This document shows, one piece after another, positions 1 through 12,700 of a stretch of 27,223 nucleotides of DNA (its first letter is position 1; the number at the start of each line of letters is the position of its first letter). The translations under genes were made by a program, and so were the position numbers. The notes under the pieces were generated by a model that saw nothing but the letters and a program-made list of their open reading frames with translations, had not been told where the DNA came from and did no database searches. The DNA lies in assembly GCA_965644295.1 (NCBI GenBank), contig CBFFRP010000552.1, forward strand, positions 1-27,223, given 5' to 3'. Origin of the DNA: Paraphysomonas bandaiensis. Taxonomy: Eukaryota; Protista; Chrysophyceae.

Positions 1-43
1 TTATATAAATCAAGGTTTTTATATAAAAATTGGGACGTTTTTG

Positions 44-150
44 CTTAAAGCTTCGCCATTATATCACTACAACTACATTCCAGAGCTTAAAGCATATTCG
101 CCATTATATCACTACAACTACATTCCAGAGCTTAAAGCTTTGCCATTATA
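44..150 (+). repeat. 45-bp tandem repeat (2 full units plus a partial) inside the left inverted repeat
   Basis: ttcgccattatatcactacaactacattccagagcttaaagc starts at 52 and 97 (period 45). Confidence 0.95.
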
Positions 151-155
151 CATTA

Positions 156-338
156 TTATAAAAAAGTCATATAGATAACAAAGTAGATTTAATAAGTAGT
201 TTTAATGGTAGAATCCCGGGGTTTTATAACCTTTACAAATTTAAATTATTTTTCATTTTAATTTTTCCCTCCCCCTATATCTACTATTAAATCTACTTAT
301 TAAATCTACTTTACTATCTATATTACTTTTTATTATAA
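156..338. repeat. Internal foldback (imperfect inverted repeat, ~57-bp arms) inside the terminal repeat; mirrored at about 26815-26998
   Basis: 156-212 (ttataaaaaagtcatatagataacaaagtagatttaataagtagttttaatggtaga) pairs with the reverse complement of 280-338 (ttataataaaaagtaatatagatagtaaagtagatttaataagtagatttaatagtaga). Confidence 0.9.
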
Positions 339-342
339 ACAT

Positions 343-460
343 TATAAATAATATATAAAGTTATTAATTTTATTTAAGAATATAAATAATATATAAAGTA
401 ATTAAAAGTTATTAATAATATATAAAGTTATTAAAAGTTATTAATAATATATAAAGTTAA
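343..460 (+). repeat. AT-rich minisatellite built on aataatatataaagt(t/a)attaa; longer version at about 26655-26810
   Basis: aataatatataaagt occurs 4 times on the left; its reverse complement actttatatattatt occurs 5 times on the right. Confidence 0.85.
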
Positions 461-880
461 ATTAGCAAAGAGAAGGAATTACAACCGAAGGTTGTAATTT
501 GAAACACTCGAAGAGAAGAGGCCCCTTGAGGGGCGTTTGGGGGGTAGAAAAAAAGGCTTGTCCTTGTCCCCGCCTCCCCGTTTTTTCATTTTCAAACTCA
601 GTTATCTTCCGAGGTGATACGTACAGTATTTCTTAGTAAGGGCATATATCGAAAGAGTATCATTAATATTAAAATCTTACATCGCAGGATATATTTGCTG
701 CAGGACAGAGTTAAGTAACTCTTAGTGCTGTATCCCTAAAATATATGCATCACACTTTGTGCACCCTACTATGTTATATAACAATAATCACAGTTTAGAA
801 TGTATCAATAGTTGAAGCCTTGAACATCGAACACACCGGGTCAGTGTTGATATTCTTCACATCAACAAAGACCTACGCTA

Positions 881-2501
881 TCAGGGAACTGAAATCTGGC
901 TCCAATGGCTACAACATAAATGACAAACGGTAAATGTGGTGATGACATAAGACAGCCAACTCACAATGTCGATATTCAAACCAGATAACAATTTTTCTTG
1001 TGACGAATCATATTCGGTGCCTGTGACTGGTTGTCCAGACAAAGTGGCACTCTTCTGAGGTGGCATATCACTAGACTCTTTCTGGCTAGACTTCTCTCCC
1101 AACATAGCAGCTGCCATTTGTTGATACGCGCTCTCGTATGATTTCTTTTTATTCTGTATAAATACGTGACATGCCATGAAGCGTATACACAGTGATAAGG
1201 TCAAGATACAGTGTAAAAGAACATATTTCCTTGCTATGGTAAATTCACGAAACACAACATGAATTGATCTTCAATAGCGGCAAAACTCGCTCAATAAAAT
1301 ATATGTAATATATATTATATGTAGTGACAAATGCTTGCACAGATAGTGTGTAACGGACAGGATATATAGTAGTGTAGCACATGATCTCCCTAACCTGTAC
1401 AGCAACAAGCTCGTGACGTACAGCAGCATCATTTGGAACAAGGGAAAGCACAGTCTTTAGGTCATCCATAGCCGCACTACAAATAGTCTAGTTTTACATT
1501 CATATACTCGACTAATGTAGAGACAGCATACTTACTCATATTCATCTAGTGCGCTGTGCGCCCTAGCTCTACGGAAATATGCCTTGGCCTTGGACTCCAC
1601 TGTAACTTTACTACGTGCAGACTCACTTTCTCTCACTGCCTGGTAAGGTTCCGAATATATAATTAGTGGTTCGTCCGGCAACAAAGTACATGTCACATGG
1701 ACGGCTAAAATATCTCAGACAAACCTGAGAAGCAGTATCGAGGGCTTCTCTGCGATGGCCCATGTGTTCATAACACTTCGATATGTTGCAGAGGCTGGCA
1801 TGGCGGACACTATCGAGCTTTTCTTGTTCTTCGTCATCTTCCGGAAAGCAGTATTCATAATACGACAAAGCCTAACATGACACCATAATCGAAAATACAA
1901 CACCCAAGTGAAATACGCACCAATTGGTATTGCTCAGCAGCTTTTGGAATGAGGCCTTCATGATATAAGTAGTTTCCTATAACATTCACCTCAGGAACTC
2001 AAATGTAATCAAGTCACATTATAATACTCACCAAGAATTCTATGTCGCTCACAAAATCTCATTTTCTCTGCTTCAGGAAGCTCAAACATTTTCCTTTCCT
2101 ATAGTCATATTAATAACAGTGTAATTCGTTAATAATGATATTATAACCTCTCCATGATCATGACAATGACCAGTAAAATTTGCTTCATCAACCATAGTTT
2201 GTAATTTTAATTTGGCATCATCTGTTTGTTGTTGTAATTCTTCAATATCTTCCCATTTATTCCAATATTGATAAGATTTTGTCCAATCACCATCATTGGA
2301 AGATACATTTTCAGTATTTAATTGTTTCATTGTATTCTCTGCTTGAATTAATTGTTGTGATAGATCAATATATCTTTTTTTAGTTCTATCAATTTTAGAT
2401 TCAGTTTGAACACTTGGTATGCCTTGTAATATACCAGTGAATGGTGTGGAATGACAAGTATGATGAGTGGTTTCATGTGAGTGATGATTACAGTGATTCA
2501 T
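881..2501 (-). CDS. Spliced tetratricopeptide-repeat (TPR) protein, co-chaperone-type 3-TPR domain preceded by a coiled coil and an HCHDH motif
   Basis: Joining exons at GT-AG sites gives ...HCHDHGE|ERKMFELPEAEKMRFCERHRIL|GNYLYHEGLIPKAAEQYQL|ALSYYEYCFPEDDEEQEKLDSVRHASLCNISKCYEHMGHRREALDTASQ|...KAKAYFRRARAHSALDEY|..AMDDLKTVLSLVPNDAAVRHEL..|KKKSYESAYQQMAAAML. These match TPR consensus helices. The start (ATG 2501 or upstream) and the last exon are approximate. Confidence 0.8.
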
Positions 2502-2605
2502 TGGAGTGTAATTGATTATATAGTGTGTGTGTTTGATAGTATTGTAGTGGTATGTTAATAGATAGATTGGAGTGTGGTACATCTAGACATGATCATGTCT
2601 GTGTG

Positions 2606-2640
2606 TGTGTGTGTTTTCATATATAGGAAATATAAACTGA
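2606..2640 (-). promoter_or_regulatory. Putative TATA-containing promoter motif with a (GT)n tract, upstream of the TPR gene
   Basis: tgtgtgtgttttcatatataggaaatataaactga; the minus strand reads CTATATATGAAAACACACAC. A near-identical copy is at 23763-23796. Confidence 0.45.
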
Positions 2641-3199
2641 TTAAATATTCAGCATTTAATGGGCTATTTCGTGTTAAAATCACTGTATTTCGATTGCTAA
2701 AATGAAAAAGTTATGGAATTAAACATAAAAGACACTTTTTCGCGATTTTTTTCATGATTTTTACCCAGCAAACGAGTGTAATTTTTCTAAATTAGTAAAA
2801 GTATGAAAAATAAATTACACAGCCTTAAACTCTAAAAAACCCTTATTTTAAGTATAAAAGTGCACTTTTTAAGCATAAAAATCCATCATATTACTGGAAC
2901 TGTTGAGTAGAACACTCATAGTTTACCAACTGGAAATTCAATGTACATCAACTAACTGTAATTGTGTTATATAATGGAACGAGCTAGACTGAGTCTTGTT
3001 GTTCAAGGGCAGGCTGAAAGAAACGTTGTCACAAAGACGAAAAAACAGTATCTTCGATATGTAAAGTACTCACCAAGATACTAAACAAAGACGAGGATAT
3101 AAGAAAAGAAGCACTGGTGACTAATGAGGATGGTGAAGCTACCAAGCACACTGGAGAAGCTAAAGACATTTACGTAATACAGCCAGGCTAATAATATAA

Positions 3200-3262
3200 T
3201 ATGTTTCAACTAAAGACATGGCGGCCGACATATTCACGAAAGCGCTATCTTCGAAGCTATTA
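3200..3262 (+). mobile_element. 63-bp relic of a second Ty1/copia RNase H C-terminus
   Basis: Translates YVSTKDMAADIFTKALSSKLL, versus HVSTKDMAADIFTKALSTKLF at 5142-5204. Confidence 0.85.
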
Positions 3263-4115
3263 GGATCTGTGGTGGTTTGGTGACCCTAGTAGACATATAG
3301 GGCCACTGAAAAAGGTAAGGTCTGTAGATCATTGCCCTAGGAAGACCTACGGCGCTAATTGCAGTAGAATGAACCGAGTGGTTACCTTATTTATAACTTA
3401 TAACTTGTAACAGGGCTAGGAAACAATATATTGCAATACTATTGTTAGAGACAAGGCCTGATAATGGTTCATTAATGGTTGTCCAGTTCCCGGCAATTAT
3501 AATGGCATTAATGAAAAATGTCCCGGCAATTATAATGGCCGTTAATGGCCCATTAATGGCCATTAATACCTACTAACCTAAAGTAGATAGCACCACTCAT
3601 ATAATAGTGTTGTGCTCCCTAAATAACTAATTTTTAGTTAAATATCAGACTACAAATTTTAACTACTTCTCGCTCTCTACTGGCACATCAGGATCTTCTT
3701 ACATGGAGAGCTTACAGGGCTTCATGGAGGGTATAGACATCCCACAACATGTAATTGGCTCTTAGGAATAGCAACGATTCTAGACGATATGGATTCATGT
3801 TTCTACGCTCAGGTGTCATAATCAACTTTGCACGACTATAAAGAGCCTCTCAACAACATTAGATTGTGCTTCAATATGAAGCATGCAGCGGTAGTTGGAC
3901 TCATAGGTACCAAGTCGAGCTCTCTTGGTGACATCAGCGCTGTCCAGAACACGCTGTGCGAAATCAGTTCCTTCACTCTCGTCCTCGTTATTTCTGTCGG
4001 GTACACCAACCTCCATGGATGAAGAAATTTATTAAGTGAATATAAAAGACAATGTCATCACGCATTGCATCATTAACACATCGTCCACACAGCATATAAT
4101 AATCTACTAAAAGCA

Positions 4116-5294
4116 GTGATAGACCAACGTTACGATATACATTCACGTCCATTGAACCATCGAGCGAACGAATGTCCCCAAAATTCAACTGGAAAGACCA
4201 AGAAACCCCAGAAATCTGGGAAGGTTTTCACATTCGAGAATATCCGCAGAGGAGGAACCGAGTCTGACTCGGAGTCCGAAGCGAATATGCTTTATGACTG
4301 CGGTGTTGATATATATGATAAAAGTGACACATGTTGTATGATTGGTACTGCTGAACACTATACATACATAGATACATGCTGCTCATCGTCTATGTTTTTG
4401 ATAAATGATCAGCAAGTATTCGATGAATCAACTCCATCAGATAGAGTTATCAGAGGCTCCAAGAAAGGGAACAGTAGAAAAAATAAGGAAGCTCCGTTGC
4501 CATCAAATGCACAAGAACTACTAGCTGCAGAACGGGAACTTACATCAGAACAGGAGGACTGGGTCTCAAAATTTCCGTATCGTAGTATTATTGGAGCAAT
4601 CCTGTATCTCGCACTCCACACAAGACCAGATCTCGCCTATGTAATCGGACTACTATCGAGATACAGCAGTAATCCTACATACGCATCGTGTCGTTTAGCT
4701 ATTCATTTATTGAAATATTTGAGAGGCACCACCGGCAAAGGAATCAAATTCAGTGGGAGTAAGTTTGGTTTACATGTATTTAGTGATGCGGACTGGGCAG
4801 GTGATATACTAACGAGACGTTCAACTACCGGTTATATTGTATTCTTATGTGCTGGAGCAATCGCATGGCAGTCCAAACTGCAGACTACAGTGGCAACTTC
4901 CAGTATGGAGTCCGAGTATATGGCTGAATATGCGGCCATGCAAGAACTGGTGTGGCTACGGGGGGTGTTACGAGAGCTAGGACTCGCATTGACGAAGCCA
5001 ACCCCATTCTTCATGGACAGCAAGAGTGCAAAAGATTTGTCAGAAAATCCAGTCTACCACAAAAGATCAAAACATATTCAGATAAAGTACCACTGGGTTC
5101 GGGAACACGTAAATGGAAGGTTTCCTACAGCCAGATTGATTCATGTATCGACTAAGGATATGGCGGCCGACATATTTACAAAAGCGTTATCTACAAAGCT
5201 CTTTAAACTCCATGAAGAAACTATCACAAGGGAAAAGAGGAGCATTTCAAATGAAGTTGAGAAGAATCAGAAGAAGCGGTTCAAGAAAGGTTAA
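4116..5294 (+). pseudogene. Internally deleted Ty1/copia gag-pol remnant (partial zinc knuckle, protease motif, RT C-terminus, RNase H)
   Basis: NHRANEC (HX4C half of the CCHC knuckle), YIDTCCS (protease-like D-T/S motif), FPYRSIIGAILYLALHTRPDLAY (copia RT end), FSDADWAGDILTRRSTTGY, SSMESEY, HKRSKHIQIKYHWVRE and MAADIFTKAL (Ty1 RNase H). No integrase and no YxDD core. Confidence 0.92.
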
Positions 5295-5453
5295 GGGTGT
5301 GTTTTTTTAGTGGGTAAGAATCCCACATAACTGTGTTACAGCGAAGTGTGATGTTCACAGTATCTTTATGAAGATTTTCACATCCGTTTTATCCTAAGAT
5401 GACTAGATGATATATATAGCTGCAGTATAATGACGATTACTCGTTTCTACATT

Positions 5454-5748
5454 GAGGAGGAGTGTTGGAATGCGTATGGTTCTCTAAGATAGTACTGTAG
5501 AATACGTTAAATACAATGTGAAAAACAGTAATACGTAGTCAATAGTCAAAGGTGCTATATAGCTATAACTGTGAAACTGAAGTATTATATCATGACGATT
5601 CAAGAAACGGAAGTTGAGCAGTGGTTGACATGAACGAAATAAGTTATCATGTTGTTGACATGTCTTACATGACAACACACACAATTGTGTATACAATTAT
5701 AATAAAGTAATCTATCTAGTTTGACTAACTTAAACTTCTCTTACAACG
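5454..5748 (+). mobile_element. Polypurine tract and probable 3' LTR of the copia element
   Basis: gaggaggag (5454-5462) is immediately followed by TGTTGG at 5463. AATAAA is at 5701 and the candidate end is ..TACAAC(g) at 5742-5748. No matching 5' LTR seen, so the right boundary is uncertain. Confidence 0.6.
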
Positions 5749-6717
5749 ATCTTAATCATCTAAAAATGGTCAATTGTCAATAACGAGTGGCAATTGCGTA
5801 GACCAACGAAATCGTGTGCTTGAGGGTAAATCCTAGTAATCTAGCGGTCTGTAGTCTTTTCTCTTCATAATAATCTAAACCTACCACATTCGTTTGCATG
5901 AAACCGGCTACTCATCCTATATATCGTTAGTTAACATATTATAGTGATGTCATTAAACATGTCTAAAGGTGCTATAAAAGCCCACGGTTTTACTGCACCG
6001 ATTTGACCAGATAGCTTCGGTTAGCACTATGTTGACGATTCGCATAGCATAGAAGTATGTATGATTATTAATTAATAATAGTATATATACTATTAAAAAA
6101 TGACTACCAAATCGCGGAAGTCAGTCTCGTCAATCATACCATTGGCATACAATGTGTTAAGCAGCGATTTTAGTTCTTTTTTTAACTCTTTTCTATCGTT
6201 TGCTGTGTACGCTGCCTTGAAAAATTCGAAACGATTGGCCGCGGTTTCGTTTAGCTTATCGCCAAAACTATTCCAATTTTTTTGAAATTCTGTGAAAATT
6301 CATGGATTGTTTTAATATTATATCGATACTATTTTACACACCACATAATACATAATAAGCATAATACTATTACTATCATGAAACTAGATAGCGAAACGTA
6401 ACATCAGAAACAACTTCAAAACTTGAGGTTACGCACAAAACACAAATGATTAATCACAAAAAAATTGAAAATGAATATGATGGTAACTTCATAAAGGGAG
6501 TGGAGTAGCCAGAGCTCTCTCCATCTGAATTAGAACAAGACCAAAACAAAATTGAGCAAATCTTTTCCAACACAGTTATGTTAAAACTTAGCACATACAA
6601 TTAAACTAAAACTGAAATATATATATTACAAAAAAGGTATACCTCAACATCAATAACTCATTTTCTGTATCTTGTACACGCAAGTCCTGTCGCACGATTA
6701 GTCATCCACAGAATGTA

Positions 6718-9700
6718 TCAGAGTTCAAATTCAGATGAATAATCGTTTTCATAATTGCCACCAAATCTGATGAAAAAAAAATAAAAAATCGCATTATTTT
6801 TGAGATTATATCCTTACACTTCTTTGAATAAGTCAGGCTCACTATCAGAAGAGAAATCCATATCTAACAGATGCGCAACATTACTCATAACAATGGAACC
6901 ATCGGATGCGGTATTACGTTGAAATGTGAGACTGGTTTTCTCAGCAGGTCGAAAATTACTGGAATCGCCATATGAAATAGTCGAAACAACAGCAGCTTCG
7001 GTATCTGTGTCAGCAGCAACAATGGGATCAAGTTTAGTTGTTGGTAGTAGTGGGACAATGGTGGTATCGGGCCCCACTTCTACAACGGAGGGGAAATCGT
7101 TCCTGTGTCGCTGCTGATGGCTAGTTGGGTCACTGCTGGAGAGGTGACGGGGACTGTGTCCCTCTTCCGTGGCTGTAGGAGTACTATCATTATTCAGACG
7201 ATGCGTTCCCTCCTCTCCAGTAACACAAGAAGCAACAGGTGACACTAATGCTGGGCATTGACCGACTTTATTTGAAATTCGCTCTTCCGCCTGATTTTTC
7301 CACGAGTAGAGATAGCGGTATCCGACATACACTACAAGTAGCAGAAGAACAATGAAATATATGGGATGGTACCACATATATTGCCACATCATGATCAGAG
7401 ATACTGCAAAGAGTGGCTGGAGAAGATGAATGATCATACGCTGCCAAGTGCTGCTCACTGCACCGAGTTGTTGAACCAAGATAGATAACAGAGCTATCAC
7501 AGAGAAACGTCTCGTATAAGTTCGACCGGAAGGAACCACAGCACCACTTCTATAGTAAAATTCACTCCTGTCTTTCCATTTCTTAGCCACTGCACCCGGA
7601 TAAAGACTGTGATAGGACCGCACAATTGCGCTCTCCAATTGATGCGGGAAGAATTTGGCAACATTCACGGATACAAACATATACTGAGGCGTATCAAGTA
7701 CCAGATCGTTCGATTCTTCTGACCTATTGCTGATACTTTCAATTGCATTGTAGAGTGCAGCTTGAGCAGCCATAACTTCATACCGGACTAAACTTGGAAT
7801 GATAAAATGAATTATGGCGACTTCAGACGACTCATACAGCAAAATCTCAAATAGAAATTGCAGTATGCATGCAAAAAGAAACATCATCTGCCACTCGAGT
7901 CCTCGTTGAAGACCTCGTAACATGGAGTAAAAAATAAAGCAGAGATTCAGCAGCACAACCAAAGCCCACATTATGCCTTTTACAAACTTTGAAACAACGT
8001 AGGTGTGGCGAAATCTGAAAAACACAACACAGCAAATATGAGATATCAGCAATGGTTTATTGGTGTATCACAGTCAACTCACTCTTCCTCTGATTTCGTC
8101 TCAAATATTTTGGCTGCCGGTGAAGCTACAAACACCAAGTAGGTAAGTACATTTATTGCGTAGAAAATTGCAATATCGCATATATGCAACATAGGAACGC
8201 TTTTTACCTGTACCGAGGACATCCAGCACAAACATGTGGAGCAGCTCCAGACCAATATGTATGTCTTCGACTTGATTCAATTTATTCCGCTTGACAGCCA
8301 CTTCCTTCTTTACTAAAGCAAGGTGTTCCTTCAGCGTTTTCTCAATAATACTCGCATACTTTGGCTTGAATTGACCATTGCTTCCTAAGCTGCAAGTAAC
8401 ACACTTAACGCAAAAACTTAAAAACATATCATAATACACATACCACCAGGCCATCATGAATGCATCCTTTTGTCTAGTGGTTCTTAGGCATCTCATTTGT
8501 TCCGCAATATCGTTGCACAGGTCCGTATATAAATCGTCTGTTGAGATGGACAGAATAGTAGACGAAATTGCTGCCACAGTATCCACTCCCTCAGACTGCT
8601 GGCTTACGGGACAGAGGCCATAATAGGGCTGAAAACTACTTGAATGTGAGTGAGGTGTACCCGTATTTCTGCTTAAGCGCTGACTACGACTGGAACGACG
8701 TTCAATGATTTGTAAGGATGGATTTACTTCTGCGACGATACTGCTAAGCGAAGATGACGCCAACTGCTGGGCGGCAATACAAGAATATGGCAGGTGGCGT
8801 GTTGATTCAATCGTTATGAGAGACGACGTTTTTCTCTTCCTCTCCACACTACTTCTAAATTGATCAGATAAATTTGTAGTAATGGCTGACACTCGTCTGC
8901 CAAATTGAGCCACACGCCGTTGAATCCGACCGTTTATTTGCTCAGCAGCATTTTTCCTAGAGCAGCATGCAGTGGGAGCAGCTAGAATGTCGAATATAAA
9001 GTCGACAATTGCATTTCCGAACATGCTGAAGATGGAGCATATAACAGAGGCAATCATGATAGCCTAATAAACACATACAGACGAGATGTAAAGACCAATG
9101 CTACGATGGAAAAGGGGGTTTATGTACCTTCAGAGTAACCTCAGGGCTAACATATACACACGAGTATCCCCCAATCGTGTCGTCATCTTCAACCCACTGA
9201 CACACTCTCTGGGATGAATCCAGCATTGACTTCTCAGTTGCGCACTGTGAGGCAGTGATATGAGCCTCACATTTTCCATTGTCTTCTGGATACTATAAGA
9301 ACGTCATTAGCATTACGAAAAGCAATATATACTACAAATATAGTTGGGTGATAATAATAAATGCAACTACCTCAAAGTCATACAACAACGCCAGGAAAAA
9401 CATCAGCATAGATAGTGTCGTTAACAGGTGCAGCAACACTCGAATTCTGTGGTCCACTGTATTCGTATAGTCTTTCGAGAGAACTACAGCAATGTAACGA
9501 TGATGGCTCTTAAGCTCTCTCCACAATCGACTCCACGGCAATTCTGTGTTGTACACTGCCGGGAAAACTTCCTTGACATACGAATGAAGTCGCATTTTCA
9601 TTGAATCCGTGGTTATTGCATTATGGGAAGCACTATTGAGGTCAGCACTCGGGATCGTCGCACATTTTAATTTCTTACTTTTGGGACCATACGCTGACGT

Positions 9701-12700
9701 TGCAAACATATAACACATTGCAAGGAACCCCATGCTCCAAATTGTACCGAACAACGATACCACCAACAGTACTGCTTTCAAGTCCTCAGGGGAATCGAAC
9801 TCCTGAGCCATAACAACAGTTGCAGAAAAGTCGCCAGCAATGTACTCTGACGTGCTCACGAGTTCCACATACCACGACTCTCGCAGAATCGCCTGCTCCT
9901 GCCCTGTCTCATCAACGCGTCGCTGAGAGGGAAAATGGTGTGTATCATACGATGCCAGCTCATCACCTCGGAATGGATATCCTATTGAAGTGGGTCGACA
10001 CAAGCATGTGGTGTTCCACACAGTATAGGAGTCAACAGTGCAGTTGAAGTTCCCTCTGGTGGACAAGACTCGGCAATGAGGTTCAGAGAAAATATCCGGG
10101 CAATGTAGCCTTACTTCTGCGGCAGTGCCATTACAAGTGACATTCACAGCTGACGGGTGACAGGGCAATATGTGAGTGGTGTACACATCATGATCACAAG
10201 TCACATTAAATGTGGTATTGCTAGCGTGTACTTGGCCGTAGTAGATAGGATAATTATTTTGTATAATTATCTTGAAAGAATCGTTGGTGTATATTGAGCC
10301 ATCAATAGCCATTTGCAACACATCCGAATTGTAATTCTCATTATTGTCATAAAGCTTCGACCGAATACTACTCAATGAAACCTTTAAACTCCGCGAGTGG
10401 TGCCGTGTACTGTTTCTATGAAATAGGAGAGACGACGCCAGTAATCCAGCCGACGTTTTTGCAAATGACTGTGGTACTGTCATTGAAATATCTTCACTAT
10501 TAACTGAAGAGGAAAAAATTTCTGTGATTTGTTGAAATGACTTTCGTAAAATCCGATTCCCGCGTTGGCCCTCAATCAGAGATCTTCTTACACCTGACCC
10601 ATACGTGTCCAGTGCGGACGCAACTCGGGATGCGATGAATGAGCTCTCGTTGAGGAGGAGGCTGCCGCGAGGATGAATGTTACTCGACGAGGCCGTTGAG
10701 GATGGCAAAATATTCATTGAAACAGTGGCAATGCTGTCTACTGCTGTCAGAGTGTCACTATACGCCTCATATGTGTCCACCGATTGCAGTGTAGCGTTAC
10801 TTAAAATCACATCAGCAATGTTGAGACCATACTCTGCCCCCAATTCAGATAGTTCACTCAATTGTGTCGTAAGAGTAACTAAAATTTGTTGCCATTCCAG
10901 AATCGACTCCACAGTTGGATCATCCACTCTAGTGACACCATCTAACTCCTTGAGATTGGCTACTCTCATATCAGTGCGTACTCTCGCCTCCTCAGCTGTA
11001 TACTCACAAAACAAGCCACTGAATCCTTTATCACATAGACACTTCGCCTCACATGAAGAGTCAATCAACAGACACTCGGACATAGCAGCTCCGCTGTCAC
11101 TGTCCTGAAGTATGCAACTGCCTCGATGCGAGCAGTTGCCGGTACATGTCTTCCGAAGAAAATCGCAAACGGAGGATGACTCCGTATTCTTACAGTACTC
11201 CCATACACTGCAGTCATAGTCAGTGTCACAAACCACACCTGGAGAAGGTGTTAGCAAATCGCTTTTAGGTACACAACCATGGTTAGATGCACCATCTTCT
11301 CCCACATACCCATCCAAGCACGATCCACATGTATGATCAACACTAAAACACTCATGACGGTTCAGAGAGGTACAGTTGGGTGCTGAGGAGCAGTTCTTGG
11401 TATTCAGATAAGAACTGGACAATGAGAGGATATGCTTCGTCAACTCAATATTGTTTCCACTCGATTCTAGTTCCAATCGAAACTTCTCGCGTGCTAATGT
11501 TGTCGAGAGGGCTGTATTGGAACGAACCACAACTGACATCTGCAACCGAGAAGCTGCATCCAAACTATCCAGCACACGAACATAACACAACAATATGTAT
11601 CCATTCATACTGTCTCCAGGTGGAAATGTGGAGCTGGCATAAGACATCTCCAACCGACTTCTCACAATCGGATAGCGGTCATCCTCTACATAACCCATTA
11701 TATAGGACAATGGCAAGTCTTCATCAGACCAAGACTCCGCAATGAGCGTAAAGACTGTATCCCAAGCTATACCTGAGGGAGGGAACACTGAAAGTAGACC
11801 AGGCTGAGGAGGAGTATTAAACATCACTGTCAATGATACTGTGGACGAGCCACAAGTAAGTGAAAATACATAGGGAACCGACCGACCAGGAATAGAGCCG
11901 GCACTAACAACCAAATTGACTGACTGTAGCCCTTTTGCTAGTGATACATACGTCGCCGTAGTTGTAATAGAAGCCAGATCAACAGATGGCTCGTTGATTG
12001 CCCAAAATGCTGATTGGGACACACTTAATTGCGCAGTTCCCAGCAAAACCAGAGAAGACAGAGGGTTGACACCATTCGCTGCTCCGCTCCTCCTTATAGA
12101 CACAATCGGAGCCAATGCTTCAGTCACTCGCACAACCACTGAGCTCTCCGCTTGCCTGCCGTCAGCAACACTAAGCACTTCCACACTTATCGAATACTCC
12201 GAGCGCTCCCTTGTCTTATTCGTAGTAAATATATGAAGTAAATGTGGAGTTGTGGTAGCATTTGATTGTATATTCAAATCATCACACCGCAGAAGGAGAG
12301 CTGGAAACAACTGCATACAAGTCCAACGGAATTCAAACCCACTGCTCTCAGCTGGAGGGCGTAATTCGGGTGGAATATTTTTATCGTAACTGCCAGATGC
12401 ATCCAATAACACACTTCCGCCGATTCGCAATGATTGCTGTGATCCTCCCTCAATGATTGCCACAATATCGGACTGAACTACTGACACGTACACAACTGTG
12501 GATGAGGACAGCCCCGACAGAGAGTTTGTCACAGATAACTTTATTTCGTAAACAGAACTTACGTTAAAAGAATAAGGTAGCAACTTAAATTTTCTCGGGT
12601 CACTCGACAATGACACTAACTCAGAGTGCTCCACTTCACCCTCAAATATTTTCCAATCATAGATTAAGTTGGAATACGATACAGAACCGTCGCATTCAGT

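Larger units (their letters stand above)
1..587 (+). repeat. Left copy of a long inverted repeat bracketing the window (continues beyond the window edge)
   Basis: 1-587 is the reverse complement of about 26530-27197; for example ttatataaatcaaggtttttatataaaaattgggacg at 1 pairs with cgtcccaatttttatataaaaaccttgatttatataa ending at 27197. The copies differ by a few substitutions and by internal tandem copy number. Confidence 0.97.

Noticed and set aside
44-150. 45-bp repeats as a CRISPR array
   Set aside because: Units are head-to-tail with no unique spacers, no cas genes are present, and the context is eukaryotic.
477-587. Canonical Helitron 3' end
   Set aside because: Hairpins are present but no conserved CTRR terminus follows them, and homology between the copies continues ~50 bp further.
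2901-3700. 5' LTR or primer-binding site of the copia element (TGTTG at 2901, TGTTAG at 3443)
   Set aside because: No visible similarity to the putative 3' LTR at 5463-5748 and no recognisable tRNA-complementary PBS.
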